Assembly: GCA_042408215.1 (NCBI GenBank)
Contig: JAYFMW010000006.1
Coordinates: 992,001 to 1,056,000 of the forward strand
From: Microcoleus sp.
Lineage (GTDB): Bacteria; Cyanobacteriota; Cyanobacteriia; Cyanobacteriales; Microcoleaceae
Length of the DNA: 64,000 nt
Direction: 5' to 3'
The notes beneath the pieces are model-generated. The model was not told the DNA's origin. It did not search any database and worked only from the letters and a program-made list of their open reading frames with translations. The position numbers and the translations under genes are program-made. Positions 62,287-64,000 of this stretch are shown here, piece after piece. Every line of letters begins with the position of its first letter. The first letter of the stretch is position 1.

Positions 62287-62498
62287 AGTTAGAATATTCC
62301 GGGGGGAAGGTGGTGAAGAAAGCTAAAGTGTATTCTGAATTATAGTTGAATTCACCAAAAAAGACTGGCAGTTCCGTTGGGCAAATCTAAAATCTCAAAT
62401 CTAAAATCTAAAATTGGCTGGGGGAGAGCGTAAAAGTTGGTCGCTGTTTCCTATGCTGATCAACAGGGGCTAGGGATCGATCGCACATGGCAAAGCAA

Positions 62499-62698
62499 TT
62501 CAACAACCCCGCCCTTTGTCGAGACGGGGATACTCCCTTACCAATTCGGGCAACGTAAGCGTTGAATACCGCATGGGACACAGCTTGGTACAAACCTCCG
62601 AATACTTCCCTAGTTCGGAATCTCTTGAAACCTGATTGGTTCAGGTGTTGGGTAAAGCCAAGACATCTTAGCTGTGTTGTGGGAAGGGACTTAAACAA
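62499..62698 (+). ncRNA. Putative omegaRNA of IsrB/IscB type without an adjacent cognate ORF
   Basis: TTCAAC..GTTGAA stem; CCCCG..CGGGG hairpin; CCGAATACTTCCCTAGTTCGG; CCTGA..TCAGG; terminal GGGAAGGGACTT; same layout as the other three scaffolds. Confidence 0.6.
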
Positions 62699-62737
62699 AT
62701 ATTGGGTTTAAAGCTGTAACGTAATTCTTGGACAAAG

Positions 62738-62908
62738 TTACCCATTGATGGAATTGTTGGGTAGCTCTCTAGCAAGTCTCTCGATCGCGTCACTAAGACT
62801 GCTTGCGGTAAGCTGAACTCGTTTTTCCTCTAGCCACTTAGTAGCAGTCTCGGTCAGGCTTAGGTTGACTTTACGCTTAGGCTCGCTGTAAATCTTTTTT
62901 CTAGGCAT
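62738..62908 (-). CDS. Small ribbon-helix-helix (CopG-like) protein
   Basis: KRKVNLSLT beta-strand followed by two helices (S.SD.IERLAR); divergent from tnpB. Confidence 0.6.
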   Translation of the reverse strand: MPRKKIYSEPKRKVNLSLTETATKWLEEKRVQLTASSLSDAIERLARELPNNSING

Positions 62909-62969
62909 TTTGTTGTTCCGCATTAATTCCGCATACAATAACAGTAAGGCAGAAATGAGGCAAAAGCAA

Positions 62970-64000
62970 ATGTTACTTAGTTTCAAGACGGAATTAAAAC
63001 CTAACAACAAACAGGTGACAATATTTCGACAGCATTGCCCAGTAGCAAGACACGCTTACAACTGGGCAAATTCAATCATCCTTGAAACATTAAAAATCAG
63101 GGAGACGGATAAAAGTGTAAAGCTCCCTTCTGCCATTGATCTACACAAACGTTTAGTAGCGGAAGTCAAGCCTCTGTATCCCTGGTATTATGAGTCTTCC
63201 AAAGCAAGCCCACAGCAGGCTCTAATTGAATTGAGGATAGCTTGGGATAGATGCTTCAAAAAGGTATCTAAACAACCTAGGTTCAAGAAAAAAGGTGTGT
63301 CAGGTGATTCTTTTTATCTAGAGCAAGGAACCAAAGCAAAGCCAGGAATTAATAACGACGGCAAGCGCATCAAGTTACCTAAGATTGGTTGGGTTAGGTT
63401 GCACGAACCATTGCCCATTACGGCGTTCCACAACTGCGTAATCAGTCGAAAAGCTGACAGATGGTTCATTGCTTTTAAGTGCGAAATTGAGCAGCCCGCA
63501 ACTCTACCTAGCCGTCCTACCGTCGGAGTTGATATCGGCATCAAGCAGCTAGCTGTTTGTTCTAACGGCGAAGTCTTTGCCAACCCTAAAGCCGAGCGTC
63601 GGATGAACCGTAAAATGAAACATCTGCAACGACGTGTTAGCAAACGAGTCAAAGGTTCTAATAACCGCAAAAAAGCAGTCTCAAAGCTAGCCAAGCTGCA
63701 CCTAAAAGTATCAAATATCCGAAAAGATGCTATTCATAAGCTAACAACTTACCTCGCCAAAAACCACAGTGAGGTGAAGATTGAAGATTTGAATGTTAAG
63801 GCATTTTTGAAGAACCACAAGTTAGCTGGTGCAATCGCCGACTGCGGAATTTACGAATTCAAGCGTCAACTTGAATATAAAACCAAAAAGTTTAACTCAA
63901 AATTGACGCTCATAGATCGATTCTTTCCTAGCAGTCAAATCTGTTCAAATTGCTGCAATCATCGGCATAAAATGCCATTAAGAGTCCGAGCCTTTGAATG
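62970..64000 (+). CDS. tnpB: TnpB (IS607-like), 3'-truncated by the window edge (absent from the ORF track)
   Basis: Manual translation is open throughout: MLLSFKTELKPN, PRFKKK, LPKIGW, GVDIG, IEDL, DRFFPSSQICSNC. Confidence 0.9.
   Translation, partial: MLLSFKTELKPNNKQVTIFRQHCPVARHAYNWANSIILETLKIRETDKSVKLPSAIDLHKRLVAEVKPLYPWYYESSKASPQQALIELRIAWDRCFKKVSKQPRFKKKGVSGDSFYLEQGTKAKPGINNDGKRIKLPKIGWVRLHEPLPITAFHNCVISRKADRWFIAFKCEIEQPATLPSRPTVGVDIGIKQLAVCSNGEVFANPKAERRMNRKMKHLQRRVSKRVKGSNNRKKAVSKLAKLHLKVSNIRKDAIHKLTTYLAKNHSEVKIEDLNVKAFLKNHKLAGAIADCGIYEFKRQLEYKTKKFNSKLTLIDRFFPSSQICSNCCNHRHKMPLRVRAFE

Noticed and set aside
280..63694. Numerous short antisense or overlapping ORFs in the track
   Set aside because: Shadow frames of better-supported genes
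1..64000. tRNA, rRNA, tnpA or prophage genes
   Set aside because: None recognised; the IS elements would need a transposase encoded elsewhere

Overview
Chromosomal segment of a filamentous cyanobacterium: HIP1 (GCGATCGC) is abundant, heptamer STRR arrays are frequent, and psaL-psaI is present. A Microcoleus/Oscillatoriales-like host is inferred, not verified. Core genes are nrtP, recA, lepB, pyrC, tsaE, yvcK, mlaF/mlaD-like, sdhA, psaL, psaI and nadA. Accessory content: (1) eight Uma2/DUF820 genes, six of them in tandem; (2) a 13.6-kb pilin-linked island of GT41/GT4 glycosyltransferase and SAM-methyltransferase fusion genes; (3) many OMEGA-type elements, namely two IscB elements, one ORF-less omegaRNA element, one IsrB-like omegaRNA and three TnpB genes; (4) several nested MITE/REP families. 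The most striking pattern is that all three fully visible IscB-family elements sit immediately before the ATGA start of a co-oriented host gene (lepB, an AI-2E transporter, a Uma2 gene), so the host 5' leader would become the guide. A second is a four-helix-bundle (IVS/Avd-like) gene enclosed by inverted heptamer arrays inside the mlaF-mlaD operon. All calls come from reading the sequence and the ORF track; no searches were run.
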